Virus record (IMG/VR): IMGVR_UViG_3300044878_000136 | Location: 125,232 to 189,231 of that record | Strand: one strand, 5' to 3' | Length of the DNA stretch: 64,000 nt | From: a virus | Lineage: Duplodnaviria; Heunggongvirae; Uroviricota; Caudoviricetes | Shown: positions 43,459 to 53,785 of the stretch, piece by piece | Layout of the letters: every line of letters begins with the position of its first letter | Position numbering within the stretch: the first letter of the stretch is position 1 | Translations under genes and position numbers: made by a program | The notes under the pieces: generated by a model | The model's database searches: none | Seen by the model: the letters and a program-made list of their open reading frames with translations, nothing else | What the model was told of the DNA's origin: nothing

Positions 43459-45945
43459 ATGATTGAAGAAGTAGTTAAGTTCGATGGATCGGTAGAACCA
43501 TTCATCGCGAAGAAGATCAATGGTTGGGGCAAGTGGAGCGCTCGAGGCTTCTCCAAGTACATTGATTGGGCTGAAATCGTCACCAAGACTGTTTCGCAGA
43601 TGCCTTCCCGCGTTACTTCTTCCGAGCTGAACCAAGGCCTCATCCGTAACTGCATCGACCAGGACACCTGGGCCGGCCAGTTGATGGCTGGTCGCCTTTA
43701 TGCTATCGAATGCCATAAAGAGGTATTCGGCAGTAAAGACCCGTTGCCGCTGAAGCAGATCCACGAGATCATGCAAGCCGCTGGCGTGATGGTCAAGTTG
43801 GCCTACTCCGACGAAGAATACGTCAAGATCAACCGCTGGATCAACCACCGTCTCGATTATGACTGCGCCCATTATCAACTGAAACAAGGCCGCGACAAGT
43901 ACGCCCTGCGTAACCGCATGACAGGCCGTATCTACGAGACCCGTCAGTTGGCCCTGATGCGTGTCGCAATGGTCGTGTGTGAGCGTGAAGAGCGTTCCGG
44001 CCGTATGGCTCGCCTGAAGTCCTTCTTCGCTGACCTGTCGGAAGAGCGGATCTCCGCACCAACGCCAAACCACAACAACATGGGTACCGGTCACAACGGC
44101 TTCTTCAGCTGCTGCCTGTACACCAGTGGCGATACCAAAGAGTCCATCGCTGTAACCACCCACATCGCCGAAGTCATGACCTACATGTCGGCAGGCCTGG
44201 GTAGCAACCACCACGTCCGTTCGTTGGGCGATCCGATTCGTGGCGGCAGTATCGTCCACAACGGTAAAGCGCCGTACTTCAATAAACAGACCGGCGTGGT
44301 CAAGTCCAACAAGCAAGGCTCCCGTGGCGGCTCGTTGACTGAATACTTCTCGGCATTTGACCCTGAAGTCAAAGAGATGATGGTGCTGAAGAACCCACGC
44401 ACCCCTCTGAACAAGCGTAACCGCAACATCGACTACTGCATGATGCTGAACCGCTTCCTGCTGTGGAAGTCGGCTGGCGAAGAAAACGTATTCATGTTCA
44501 ACTGCTACACCGCGCCTGACCTGTACGCCGCCATGTACGGTAAGGACCTGGAGCTGTTCGCTACTCTCTACGAGAAGTACGAGAAAGACGAATCCTTCAA
44601 GAAGACCTGGATCTCTGCCCGCTGGTTGGTAGTGAACTCCCGTTCGCAAGGTTTCGAAACTGGCCGCTACTACATGGCCATGATCGACACCATCAACTTC
44701 CACACTCCTCATCGTGACCAGATCTTCAGTTCGAACCTGTGTGTTGAAATCACACAGCCGACCTACTGGTACAGCCACATGATGGAGCTGTACAGCGACA
44801 AGTTCCTGTCCTACATTCGTCTGACCACGAAGAAGCGTAAACAGGTTCTGCTGGATGGCAACCAAGCCATCCTGATCAAGAACCGCATCAGTGGTCCGGT
44901 GGCTGCCATCGAACTGCTGCCAGGCGACACCTACTGCACGCTGGACGATCCAACCGAACACAAGGTGGCCAAGGTAGTCTCTTCCCGTCGTGAGCCTGAG
45001 GTTTCGTTGTGTGCGCTTGGCGCGATCATCGTCACCAACTGCAAGACCGAAGAACAGTACCAGGAAGCCACGTACAACCTGCTGTACATGATCGACTTCT
45101 GCATCGACGAAAACGAGTATGCGCTTCCGCACATGAAGCTCACCGCTCAGGCTCGTCGTAACGCCGGTGTCGGCATCATGGACTTGGCGCACCACATGGC
45201 GCTGAAAGGCCTGAAGTACAACACCAAAGAAGGTCTGGAAGAAATCCACCGGGTGGCAGAACGCCACATGTACTGGTTGATCCAGGCTTCTATCCGTCTG
45301 GCCAAGGAACGTGGCAACGCTCCATGGATCCATAAGACCGACTGGGTACGTGGTTGGACTCCTCAGAAGACCTACTCCCGTGAAGTAGATACGCTGGCGA
45401 ACTTCGTCAACGTCTACGATTGGGATCAGGTGTCTCTGGATCTGATCGACGTAGGTGGTGGTCGCTTCAGTTCTCTCTGCGCACACATGCCGGGCGAATC
45501 CAGTTCCAAGTACAGCGCCTGCACCAACAGCCTCATGGGTCTGCGTTATCTGTCCATCACCAAGAAGGACGGTAGCAACGCCATGGAGTGGGTGGCTCCA
45601 GAAGCAGATACCCTCAAAGATCAATACACGATCATGTGGGACATGACTCGTATCGAGCAGATGAACTCCTATGCCGTGGTTCAGAAATGGACCGACCAAT
45701 CGATCTCGGCCGACTACTACGCCGTGATCAAGGGCGACGACAAGATCGATAGTCTAGAGCTGGTGCAAGAGACCAACCACTGGGCCAACATGGGCGGTAA
45801 GACTTGGTACTACACCAACGTCGAGACCTCTGATAAAGAAGCCCTCAAAGGGACGCTTGAACGCATCAAACGTGAAGCCCTGTTCGAAGACGATGGCCTC
45901 GACCTCGATGGTCCTGTCTGCACCGGCGGCGGCTGCTCCGTTTAA
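43459..45945 (+). CDS. nrdA: ribonucleoside-diphosphate reductase alpha subunit, class I, with ATP-cone
   Basis: N-terminal ATP-cone (VVKFDGSVEPFIAKKI). It is 828 aa and is followed by the beta subunit gene. There are conserved Cys-containing catalytic segments. Confidence 0.85.
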   Translation: MIEEVVKFDGSVEPFIAKKINGWGKWSARGFSKYIDWAEIVTKTVSQMPSRVTSSELNQGLIRNCIDQDTWAGQLMAGRLYAIECHKEVFGSKDPLPLKQIHEIMQAAGVMVKLAYSDEEYVKINRWINHRLDYDCAHYQLKQGRDKYALRNRMTGRIYETRQLALMRVAMVVCEREERSGRMARLKSFFADLSEERISAPTPNHNNMGTGHNGFFSCCLYTSGDTKESIAVTTHIAEVMTYMSAGLGSNHHVRSLGDPIRGGSIVHNGKAPYFNKQTGVVKSNKQGSRGGSLTEYFSAFDPEVKEMMVLKNPRTPLNKRNRNIDYCMMLNRFLLWKSAGEENVFMFNCYTAPDLYAAMYGKDLELFATLYEKYEKDESFKKTWISARWLVVNSRSQGFETGRYYMAMIDTINFHTPHRDQIFSSNLCVEITQPTYWYSHMMELYSDKFLSYIRLTTKKRKQVLLDGNQAILIKNRISGPVAAIELLPGDTYCTLDDPTEHKVAKVVSSRREPEVSLCALGAIIVTNCKTEEQYQEATYNLLYMIDFCIDENEYALPHMKLTAQARRNAGVGIMDLAHHMALKGLKYNTKEGLEEIHRVAERHMYWLIQASIRLAKERGNAPWIHKTDWVRGWTPQKTYSREVDTLANFVNVYDWDQVSLDLIDVGGGRFSSLCAHMPGESSSKYSACTNSLMGLRYLSITKKDGSNAMEWVAPEADTLKDQYTIMWDMTRIEQMNSYAVVQKWTDQSISADYYAVIKGDDKIDSLELVQETNHWANMGGKTWYYTNVETSDKEALKGTLERIKREALFEDDGLDLDGPVCTGGGCSV

Positions 45946-46010
45946 TCCGTTCCCACTCCGGGAGTTCATTACTCCCGGTTTCCCTCAACTTCTCGAAAGA
46001 CACTTAATAC

Positions 46011-47174
46011 ATGAGCAGCGCTACCGACCTAATCCTACCCCCATCCGTGAAAGACGAAAACTTCGCGGACATGATCTTCAACCCCAATAAGACTGACTAC
46101 GACAGCCCCGCACTGTTCTTAGGTCAGCGTGGTGGGTTGGGCGACACCATTCATGACCACCACCCAGAACTGTGGAAGTACTGGCGTGCTCTGCGTTCTC
46201 TTGACTGGGACACCAACGAGTTCAACTTCGAACCTTGCAAGCTCGAGTTCCAAACCGTTAAGCCTGGCATCGCTCAGGCCATGATCCAGAACCTGGGCTT
46301 CCAGTGGGAATCGGACACCGAAGCCGCTAACGGCATCAGCGCCGTGGCTAACCACTTCGTGACCAACTCTGCACTCAAGACCACTTGGGAGCAGATCACT
46401 GCGAACGAAAACCTGCACTGGACCACCTACTCGGAAATCGTGCGTTACAGCTTCGACGATCCGAACGCCGTACTGAAAGACGTACTGGGTGTGAAGGAAT
46501 CGATCCAGCGTTTCCACCGTATCGGCGAAGCCATGGGCAAAGCCTACCGTATCGGTCTGGAATACTCCCTGGGTCTGCGTAAGTCGGACGATCCTGAAGT
46601 CTACGCAGCAGCCTTCATGTTCACCGTAGCGCTATTCCTGCTCGAGCGTGTGAACTTCATGGGCTCCTTCGCAGTAACTGGCGCTATCGCTCAGACAGGC
46701 GACTTCATCCCTATCTGCAATGCCGTTCAGCGTATCGCGCAAGACGAAGCAGAAGTACACGTTAACGTGGGCAAGTACGTCATCGGCTACGAACTTACCA
46801 CCGCACGCGGTCAAGCCTGCTGGAAAGCCAACCGTCAGTGGATCGATGACATGATCATGGAGGCCCGTGCCTCCGAGATGCGTTGGATCGGTTTCCAGCG
46901 TGACTCCGGTTCGATCGTTCCGGGTACTGGTTGGGATGAGTTGAAGACCTACGTGAACTTCAACGTAGCCGACGCCTGCGACGTACTGCACCGCCCTGTG
47001 GAGTTCAATGCTCCGTCCCAGTGCAACCTGCCGTACATGATCAAGTGGCTGGACGTATCGAAGACTCAGCACTCCCCGCAAGAGTCTGACATCGGTCAGT
47101 ACCGTGTAAACGTGGTACGCAGTAACGACGAAGGCATCAAGCTGCCGTTCAACCTGCACCGCGTCATGGCGTAA
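46011..47174 (+). CDS. nrdB: ribonucleoside-diphosphate reductase beta subunit
   Basis: 387 aa directly downstream of nrdA. It has ferritin-like helices with E/H iron-ligand patterns. Confidence 0.8.
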   Translation: MSSATDLILPPSVKDENFADMIFNPNKTDYDSPALFLGQRGGLGDTIHDHHPELWKYWRALRSLDWDTNEFNFEPCKLEFQTVKPGIAQAMIQNLGFQWESDTEAANGISAVANHFVTNSALKTTWEQITANENLHWTTYSEIVRYSFDDPNAVLKDVLGVKESIQRFHRIGEAMGKAYRIGLEYSLGLRKSDDPEVYAAAFMFTVALFLLERVNFMGSFAVTGAIAQTGDFIPICNAVQRIAQDEAEVHVNVGKYVIGYELTTARGQACWKANRQWIDDMIMEARASEMRWIGFQRDSGSIVPGTGWDELKTYVNFNVADACDVLHRPVEFNAPSQCNLPYMIKWLDVSKTQHSPQESDIGQYRVNVVRSNDEGIKLPFNLHRVMA

Positions 47175-47228
47175 ACAAAAAAAGAAAGGGCATAGAGGCA
47201 GGGGAATGAACCCCTGCCTCTATGCTGT
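47175..47228. terminator. bidirectional terminator, fully palindromic including CATAGAG/CTCTATG
   Basis: caaaaaaagaaagg then GCATAGAGGCAGGGG-aatgaa-CCCCTGCCTCTATGC then TG. Confidence 0.7.
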
Positions 47229-47233
47229 TAACG

Positions 47234-47542
47234 TTACTTGTTCTGAATCAGCAACAGGTTCTTCTGCTTGGCCGTTTCGTTAAACGCCCTAGCCTTGCCT
47301 GTGCCTTTATTACAGAGCGAGTTCTCCAGCAGCTGCCTGACGTATACCTTGGACCACATCGCAGCCCTGACGCCCTCTGGGGCAGCCTCGTAAGCTACCT
47401 TTTCTGGTGGCGGGACGACTACGCAATCCTTCAACCATTCGTCATCCATCGTGACGAAATGAGTTTGGGTTTCGTACTTCGTTTCGGTTCTTGTACAACC
47501 GAACAATGCAAGTACCGTGCAGAGTGCCAGGAAGTACTTCAT
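47234..47542 (-). CDS. outer-membrane lipoprotein, probable o-spanin (Rz1-like)
   Basis: Lipobox LALFGC. Pro-rich VVVPPPEKV. Its start overlaps the stop of the upstream i-spanin-like gene. Confidence 0.5.
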   Translation of the reverse strand: MKYFLALCTVLALFGCTRTETKYETQTHFVTMDDEWLKDCVVVPPPEKVAYEAAPEGVRAAMWSKVYVRQLLENSLCNKGTGKARAFNETAKQKNLLLIQNK

Positions 47543-48006
47543 GGGTGTGTTCCTTCAATGCAGTCTTTATACGACGGGCGAATCTTGCAGAACGACTGCC
47601 ACGCCAGAGACAATTCTGAAATGTCGTCTTCTTGAGGTTTTGGTGGTTCCGGTTTATTCGCAACTGGTTTTGGAGCTACCGGATGGAATCCCGTGACTAC
47701 GGTTGCCGGCAACTCCACAGCATTCGCCTGACGCTTGGCAATCACGTCATCGATCTGATCCTCGACCGTATTGAAGTACTCGGTGGTGGAGGCCACCTCC
47801 TTGCTCAGGTCACGGTTGAACTCAATAGTGAGATCAGCCATATCGACCTGAACATTGAGGCGTTCTCTTTCCTGACGGTCATTAACCTCAGCAATCGCTT
47901 TCCCTTCGATGTACCCGATAACCGCAGGGATACCTTTGTACAGGGTGAGGGCAATAACGGCGATAGCCACGAGGGTTATCGCCACGACTTTGAGAGTTTT
48001 AAACAT
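47539..48006 (-). CDS. probable i-spanin (Rz-like)
   Basis: It has an N-terminal TM anchor VVAITLVAIAVIALTLY and a coiled-coil periplasmic domain. It is translationally coupled to the lipoprotein gene. Confidence 0.5.
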   Translation of the reverse strand: MFKTLKVVAITLVAIAVIALTLYKGIPAVIGYIEGKAIAEVNDRQERERLNVQVDMADLTIEFNRDLSKEVASTTEYFNTVEDQIDDVIAKRQANAVELPATVVTGFHPVAPKPVANKPEPPKPQEDDISELSLAWQSFCKIRPSYKDCIEGTHP

Positions 48007-48007
48007 A

Positions 48008-48682
48008 TCAGCGTCCGTTGGTTGGCGTAAGGAACTTTCCGTAAATGCGGCAGAAGATCTCGCTGTACTTCAGACCCTCTTTGGTCACGAACCGATCTTT
48101 CTGCCACACATACCCGATGGCTTCCATTTCGTCTTTCATGGTCTTCGGTGGGAACTCGGGACCTGAGAGTAGAGACTTCAGGATATCCGGGTTGGTGTCA
48201 TCGATCAGGGTCAGGTTAACATACCCCGTGCTGACTTGGTGGTTGTCAGTCTTGATGATGAGTGGGTCACGCGTAACGGGCATACCGCCTTCACACAAGG
48301 TGTAGAGGATGCCTTCGTACTCTTTGACGATCCGCGTGAATACTTGCAGACCGAAGCGGTTGCGGAACTGACGAGAAGACCCGAGGAACGTCACATAACC
48401 TGCCCACGGCAAATCAGTTTCGTACAGATCATTCATGTCAGGGTGGTCATGGTCTTCGCCCAACGCCGCTTTGTCGACCTTAACGATGATCGTGTGGCGG
48501 CAGAAGATGTTATCTTCCTTGGTTGGAATATTGTAGTAAACTACATCGGCGGAGTCCTTCTTACGCAACACGCTCTGAAGGGTGGAGTTGGTGCTGGAGA
48601 TCTCACGACCTTGACGCACTTTCTCGAGTGGAACAGTGATTACGTCGTATTTCTTGGCTGGTACTTTAGTGGCGGCATTCAT
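48008..48682 (-). CDS. hypothetical protein, possibly lysis-associated
   Basis: 224-aa ORF immediately upstream of the spanin pair. No recognised muralytic motif. Confidence 0.5.
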   Translation of the reverse strand: MNAATKVPAKKYDVITVPLEKVRQGREISSTNSTLQSVLRKKDSADVVYYNIPTKEDNIFCRHTIIVKVDKAALGEDHDHPDMNDLYETDLPWAGYVTFLGSSRQFRNRFGLQVFTRIVKEYEGILYTLCEGGMPVTRDPLIIKTDNHQVSTGYVNLTLIDDTNPDILKSLLSGPEFPPKTMKDEMEAIGYVWQKDRFVTKEGLKYSEIFCRIYGKFLTPTNGR

Positions 48683-49073
48683 TGTTAAACTCCTAACTAC
48701 TTATCCATTCGTGGAGGTAACGGACATAAGGCTCCGACCCGAAGGTCGGAGCGGTGTTGATTACTCGCGATCGTGTCGGAGTCATCTCCACCCGTAAGAT
48801 AGGCGCCCATATCTTATCAGTGTTTCAGGCTCCAGATGCCTGTGCTACTCCCGTGTCCAGAGGACATGACTAGCCAATCTATTGGCGTCGTCTTTGGGTT
48901 AGCTAAAACACTGGCTATGGGCGAACCAGTTCGACTACCGATAAGGCGGGCGGTCAGTGACCGCATTCCGTCGTACCAGTAGATCCGGGCAAGGAGATGA
49001 AAGATCCAATAGATCATTCGTCACCTCATTTATGTCTGCGTAACAGTTTTGCTATACCATACCACGAAGTATG

Positions 49074-49688
49074 TTATTTCTTACCAAGGATGCTGGTGGC
49101 TGCTTCCGCGATAGTGTCATAGAGGTTTTGGACCACAGGTGGCTTCAACCTCAGGAACGCTATCCCATTGATGACGTGATAATCCATTACAGTGGACATC
49201 GTCGCCAAGCAAACACGCTTAACCAACAAGGATCCTTTAGGAGTCAATTGATGGGTAATGCGATCGACGAGTTCCCATTCGGGGTCGTCGAGGTATGCAT
49301 ACATCTCAGCAGGTTCGGTGGGTGGCTCAGGATAGGTGCTGGTACCGATGTGGAACAGCCATCCATCCTGAAGTGGAACCCTCATCATCCGGTAGCCGTG
49401 ATTGGCCTTCTGAGCCCTGTAGGGGACCAAGGCAGCCCGTTGGAGCATCACTGCATCCGGTAGGCTGTTTGCGACCTTCAGGTAGGGCCAGTGGGTCAAT
49501 AAGAACGTTCTTGGCGTCAGGGGTTGCTGGGACTTGGTGATCTCGATCATGATGCACTCGCGAGGAGACATCAGCGGGACCATCGAGTGGGCCAGCAACT
49601 CCGCTTGCGACAGGATCTTGATGGGTTCCGGTTCTTTTGGAGGTGGTTCAGGCTTCCCCCATAGCCGTTCCTTAATACTTTCAAACAT
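49074..49688 (-). CDS. hypothetical protein
   Basis: 204-aa ORF. Confidence 0.5.
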   Translation of the reverse strand: MFESIKERLWGKPEPPPKEPEPIKILSQAELLAHSMVPLMSPRECIMIEITKSQQPLTPRTFLLTHWPYLKVANSLPDAVMLQRAALVPYRAQKANHGYRMMRVPLQDGWLFHIGTSTYPEPPTEPAEMYAYLDDPEWELVDRITHQLTPKGSLLVKRVCLATMSTVMDYHVINGIAFLRLKPPVVQNLYDTIAEAATSILGKK

Positions 49689-49697
49689 GGCGGCTTA

Positions 49698-50066
49698 CTA
49701 CTGCCTCCGAATTTCGCCCATGCGCTCCACGGTAATGTCGAGGGACTCACAGACCTTTACAAGGAAGTTGACGGTGATGTGGCGATGGCAGAACTTGTCT
49801 GCCCCACAGTAACAGGCGATCGCCACCTCTGGCATGTTGCACACTTCCAGCCAACGTTCACGGTTGTTGCGATAAGACTCGCGCATCTTCCCCGTGTAGT
49901 GGCTGGTGTACTCAGCCTCAGTGATTTCGTTTGCCTTGTACGCCATCACCAGTTTCCGATCAGGAGCAAAGACGGGGTCACCACTCTTGAAGGTGGTATC
50001 GAGAAACGGAATGCCTAAGCGATCCGCTTCCCGCCACTGGGCAACCTGGATGGTCCAGATTTTCAT
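49698..50066 (-). CDS. hypothetical protein
   Basis: I moved the start to ATG 50066 (MKIWTIQ...), which forms an ATGA overlap with the upstream gene stop. The track N-extension overlaps 50063..50722 by 200 nt. Confidence 0.45.
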   Translation of the reverse strand: MKIWTIQVAQWREADRLGIPFLDTTFKSGDPVFAPDRKLVMAYKANEITEAEYTSHYTGKMRESYRNNRERWLEVCNMPEVAIACYCGADKFCHRHITVNFLVKVCESLDITVERMGEIRRQ

Positions 50067-50722
50067 CCGTTGATGATCCGTTCCGAGTCGTATTCCTCCA
50101 TGAGACGGTCGATCTCGTCGAGGATGTTGTTGTGCCACATGTGTTTGGCTTCCACGGCGAGCAAACGATCGTGGACCTTGTCGAACATCTCCCAGAACGG
50201 GATACCCATCAACTTCAGGCAATGGACGTAGCAGGAGAACAGCACCATGCACTCGTTCCAAAGTTCCCCAAGAGGATTGGACTGACCCATGTGATCGATG
50301 TCCTCGATCGTCTTGGCCATTTTACCCATGCTCGTGATCATACTCTCTCGAGCGCTGATGTTCATCCACGGCATGGTGGCGAACGTACCTGGGACCAGCT
50401 TACCGCAGATGTTGGTCATCGACAAGCAGATGATCACCCCATCCAAGGCTATGCGCTCGAAACGCTTCCAGCCGTTGATCTCACCCTTCTTCCATTCCGG
50501 CGTCCAGGTCTCCAGCTTGAGCACTAGTTCAGCCACGTACTTACAGTGATGCAGTACGAGGTGAGTCAGACGCTTGGCCTTTGGCAGGACGTAGATGTCG
50601 GTGTGGTACCGGGCATCATGCAGGTCCTGACGATACTGCGCTCGACGCAGACGCTCTGCGAAGAGGTTCATGTCGATTTGCGTACCGTCGTCTTTGTGAA
50701 CAGGCATTGGTGCAATGCTCAT
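50063..50722 (-). CDS. hypothetical protein
   Basis: 219-aa ORF. Confidence 0.5.
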   Translation of the reverse strand: MSIAPMPVHKDDGTQIDMNLFAERLRRAQYRQDLHDARYHTDIYVLPKAKRLTHLVLHHCKYVAELVLKLETWTPEWKKGEINGWKRFERIALDGVIICLSMTNICGKLVPGTFATMPWMNISARESMITSMGKMAKTIEDIDHMGQSNPLGELWNECMVLFSCYVHCLKLMGIPFWEMFDKVHDRLLAVEAKHMWHNNILDEIDRLMEEYDSERIING

Positions 50723-50730
50723 GACAATCC

Positions 50731-51105
50731 TTAAACGAGTAAGTGGGTGAGGTCTTCGACAGTGCCGGAGTCCAGATTCACGACGATCAGGATGCGGTTG
50801 TGGCCAGTCATGGTCACGTTGGCTACCACTTCCTGTCCTTCCATCTCGATCAGCGTGAAGACGTAAGTACCTTCAGGAAACGGGAAGTGGGCCACAGTCT
50901 TCGACTTCTCCATGTTGGAGGTATAGCCTTGACGAATGGCCGGATCGTTGGTCAGACGGAATACCGGCGCGCCTTCCAACTCAGGGAGGCGATCGGCGGC
51001 TTCGTTGATGATTGCGCGGAAGCGCTCACCCGTACCGGAGGTTCCGTGCAGGTCAATAAACTCGATGATTTTATCGAGGTTGTAAACGGTAACGATGGAA
51101 TCCAT
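50731..51105 (-). CDS. hypothetical protein
   Basis: 124-aa ORF. Confidence 0.45.
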   Translation of the reverse strand: MDSIVTVYNLDKIIEFIDLHGTSGTGERFRAIINEAADRLPELEGAPVFRLTNDPAIRQGYTSNMEKSKTVAHFPFPEGTYVFTLIEMEGQEVVANVTMTGHNRILIVVNLDSGTVEDLTHLLV

Positions 51106-51107
51106 GA

Positions 51108-51683
51108 TTAGACCCTCGGTAAGGTTATTCCTGTTTGCCCCTGGTATTTACCACCGCGGTCGTCGTAGCTGGTTTCACACTCTTCGCCTTGCAGGAAGAG
51201 GAACTGCGCGATACCTTCGCCCACGTAGACCCGCATAGGGCTGTTGGTGCTGTTTGCCAGTTCGATCACGATGTTACCTTCGAACTCAGGCTCGAGAGGC
51301 GTCACGTTGACCTGAAGACCTGCACGAGCATAAGTGGATTTACCCAGGCAGATCACCAAAGTATCGCGAGGGATCTTGAAGTATTCGACAGTACGCCCGA
51401 GCATGTACGTGTTTGGCGGAAGGATTACCCAACGGCCTTTGACACCCGTGTGGATTTCAGGGATGTAAAGGAAGTTCTCGTCGAGTTCCTTGGGGTCGAT
51501 GATTTCGCCAGTGTTGTTACAGAACACACGGCATTCGTCTGCCAGTTGCACGTCATACCCGAACGAGCTGGGGCCGTAGCTGATGCGCTTGATACCATCG
51601 GCCAGGCGAACCAGTTCGTGGTTAAACGGGGTGATCATACCCACTTCGGCGCGTTGACGGATTTGGCGGTCATTGAGAATCAT
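51108..51683 (-). CDS. dcd: dCTP deaminase family (dUTPase fold)
   Basis: N-terminal MILNDRQI. C-terminal VICLGKSTYARAGLQVNVTPLEPEFEGNIVIELANSTNSPMRVYVGEGIAQFLF matches the dCTP deaminase core (GRSSLARLG...IDPGW...LE..N). Confidence 0.75.
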   Translation of the reverse strand: MILNDRQIRQRAEVGMITPFNHELVRLADGIKRISYGPSSFGYDVQLADECRVFCNNTGEIIDPKELDENFLYIPEIHTGVKGRWVILPPNTYMLGRTVEYFKIPRDTLVICLGKSTYARAGLQVNVTPLEPEFEGNIVIELANSTNSPMRVYVGEGIAQFLFLQGEECETSYDDRGGKYQGQTGITLPRV

Positions 51684-51692
51684 GGGACTTCC

Positions 51693-52070
51693 TTAATTAG
51701 AGGCGTATGTAACAAACTGAAACTTCGGCAGATGGATATCACCTTCCACATGCCGATGAATTTGGGTCAACCACTCGATACCTTCGTTCGAGTCGATGAG
51801 GGGAAACGTCTGGCTGAACAAATGGACGTGTGTATCGTCGGCCTTGCGAACCATCGCGTACTTCAGGCTATCTGCGACATACAGAACTGCACGACGCTCG
51901 CCGGTGTGTTTCCAGCATTCCAAGCGGACTGCTCGTTTAGGCTCAACAGCCGTACCCAGTGTATTGACCGGGATATAAAGAAACGCCATGTCACTGGCTT
52001 GTTGTAGCACAGGTACGACGCGAGAGATACTGACTACGTTAGTCTTTGCGTAACTGTTCATTGTTTTCAA
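51693..52070 (-). CDS. hypothetical protein
   Basis: 125-aa ORF. Confidence 0.45.
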   Translation of the reverse strand: MKTMNSYAKTNVVSISRVVPVLQQASDMAFLYIPVNTLGTAVEPKRAVRLECWKHTGERRAVLYVADSLKYAMVRKADDTHVHLFSQTFPLIDSNEGIEWLTQIHRHVEGDIHLPKFQFVTYASN

Positions 52071-52522
52071 TTCCCTATGGTGAAGTTGTACCGAATGCCG
52101 GTAAACCCTCGATTCTTGAAGAAGACTACGTCACAAGTGGACTTGCCAGGATCGAGTTCCTCACCCAACCGAACGGCAGCTTTCCTGGCGACTTCGACTT
52201 CGTGAGTGAGAACGTATTGCTTGTCGTACTCGTCTTCAATGATGACGTGTAGCGGGTAGGCATTCCCATCGTGCAGGATCATGCCCAAGTAACCCATGTT
52301 GTTGATCTCGTTGGCTGCTGCGTTCAATGTGATGAAACGATCCGCATGCCAATCGATGACGGCTTTAGGATCCTTGCTGTCCAGAACACCGTTGAGGATT
52401 TCGGCTCGGACATGAGGCGCCACACGCTTGATCATCTTCAAGGACATCTTTTTGATGGTGGCCTTGTCGTGGTTAGCGTGGATGAGGGAGAGTTGCAAAA
52501 GTGTATCGAGAGATTCTAACAT
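52067..52522 (-). CDS. hypothetical protein
   Basis: 151-aa ORF with an ATGA-type overlap. Confidence 0.45.
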   Translation of the reverse strand: MLESLDTLLQLSLIHANHDKATIKKMSLKMIKRVAPHVRAEILNGVLDSKDPKAVIDWHADRFITLNAAANEINNMGYLGMILHDGNAYPLHVIIEDEYDKQYVLTHEVEVARKAAVRLGEELDPGKSTCDVVFFKNRGFTGIRYNFTIGN

Positions 52523-52591
52523 CGAAATAGTATCCTAGAATAGTCTTGGCTGTAACACCAAGACTATAATGTAGCATTAGAGATCGGTTGA

Positions 52592-53212
52592 CTAACCGAA
52601 GATCTTGTCCAATACAGACCGGACACAATCAGCTACTTCGGTCGGGTGTGGTCTGGCATCCAGGACGATGAACCGCGCAGGGTCTTGTGCGATTCGCATC
52701 TTGTAGCCTTCGATGGACTGTTCGGCGTTCTCGTAGAACTCCGTCTCCATCCGGTCCAGTCTGCCGCGAGCCGCAGCGCGTTTCATGCTGGTTTCTACGT
52801 CGATGTCGAAGTAGATGGTCCAGTTTGGTTTGAAGTCGCCGATAGACGCCTTCTCGATCGCTTCGATCTGCTTCGAGTGGATACCCTTGGCACGTTGGTA
52901 GGAGAACGTCGAGTCAGAGAAACGATCGCACAGTACGACGTAACCTTTGGCCAGATGCGGTTCAATGCATTGTGCCACATGTTGCTGGCGGGCTGCGTAG
53001 AACATCATCGTCTCTGCCACGATGTCTACCTTTTCATCGTGAGGGGACAGCAGCAGTTCACGGATCTTCTCCGCGAATGGCGTACCCCCAGGCTCACGCG
53101 TGACGATGTACGGGATACCCTTTAATTGCAGGTATTCCTCGATTACGTCACGTTGAGTTGTCTTGCCAGCGCCATCAATCCCTTCAAGGGAAATCATAAT
53201 TCCACGTTGCAT
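52592..53212 (-). CDS. tmk: thymidylate kinase
   Basis: P-loop ISLEGIDGAGKTT and LID-region arginines. 206 aa. Confidence 0.85.
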   Translation of the reverse strand: MQRGIMISLEGIDGAGKTTQRDVIEEYLQLKGIPYIVTREPGGTPFAEKIRELLLSPHDEKVDIVAETMMFYAARQQHVAQCIEPHLAKGYVVLCDRFSDSTFSYQRAKGIHSKQIEAIEKASIGDFKPNWTIYFDIDVETSMKRAAARGRLDRMETEFYENAEQSIEGYKMRIAQDPARFIVLDARPHPTEVADCVRSVLDKIFG

Positions 53213-53284
53213 TTTCTACCGCCCCAATTTTATGTATTCGCATCTTATAGCCACCACCTTTAAAGTTTTAACACAAGTGGAGTT

Positions 53285-53770
53285 TTGACAATGTATGTAG
53301 ATCGTACTAAGACAGCCGCTGACAATATGTTGGCACTGCTGAACACTACCAACGACGCGGACTTGACCTACGCTGACTTCAAGCTCGGTGATCCGATCGC
53401 ACTGCCTCCAGTGTATCTGCCTAAGGCGGACCCAGAAGATCCGGACGAGCCGGACGTAGTGGACCGTACCGCAGACAACACCAAGATCGTAGCGACCGGC
53501 CAAGGCGATTACAGCGAGGCTGTCGAGCTGACCTACCGTCGTCTGGACCTGGACTTCGAAGTTCAGTTCATCCGTTACTACAAGATCGACTACACCGACT
53601 GGGCTGACTTCAAAGCCAAGTTCGCGGTGAAGAACGACATCCGTGTCGAAGAGCTGGTCTTCTCGATCAGTGCGCTGCCAACCGCCCCAGGGATCACCTA
53701 CGTCGACGTCACCCCGGTGGCCAAGTCGCTGATCTACTTCGGCACCAAGCAAATCCGTATCACCGTTTAA
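53285..53770 (+). CDS. hypothetical protein, paralog of 53786..54229
   Basis: It shares N-terminal TAADNMLALLNTTNDADLTYADF with TAFENMLALLNTTNGTEYTAEDV of its neighbour. Confidence 0.55.
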   Translation: MTMYVDRTKTAADNMLALLNTTNDADLTYADFKLGDPIALPPVYLPKADPEDPDEPDVVDRTADNTKIVATGQGDYSEAVELTYRRLDLDFEVQFIRYYKIDYTDWADFKAKFAVKNDIRVEELVFSISALPTAPGITYVDVTPVAKSLIYFGTKQIRITV

Positions 53771-53785
53771 GGCAGGTCATAACCC

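Noticed and set aside
43399-45699. 766-aa minus-strand ORF
   Set aside because: It is antisense to nrdA, whose RNR identity is clear. Its composition is V/H/L/R-rich.
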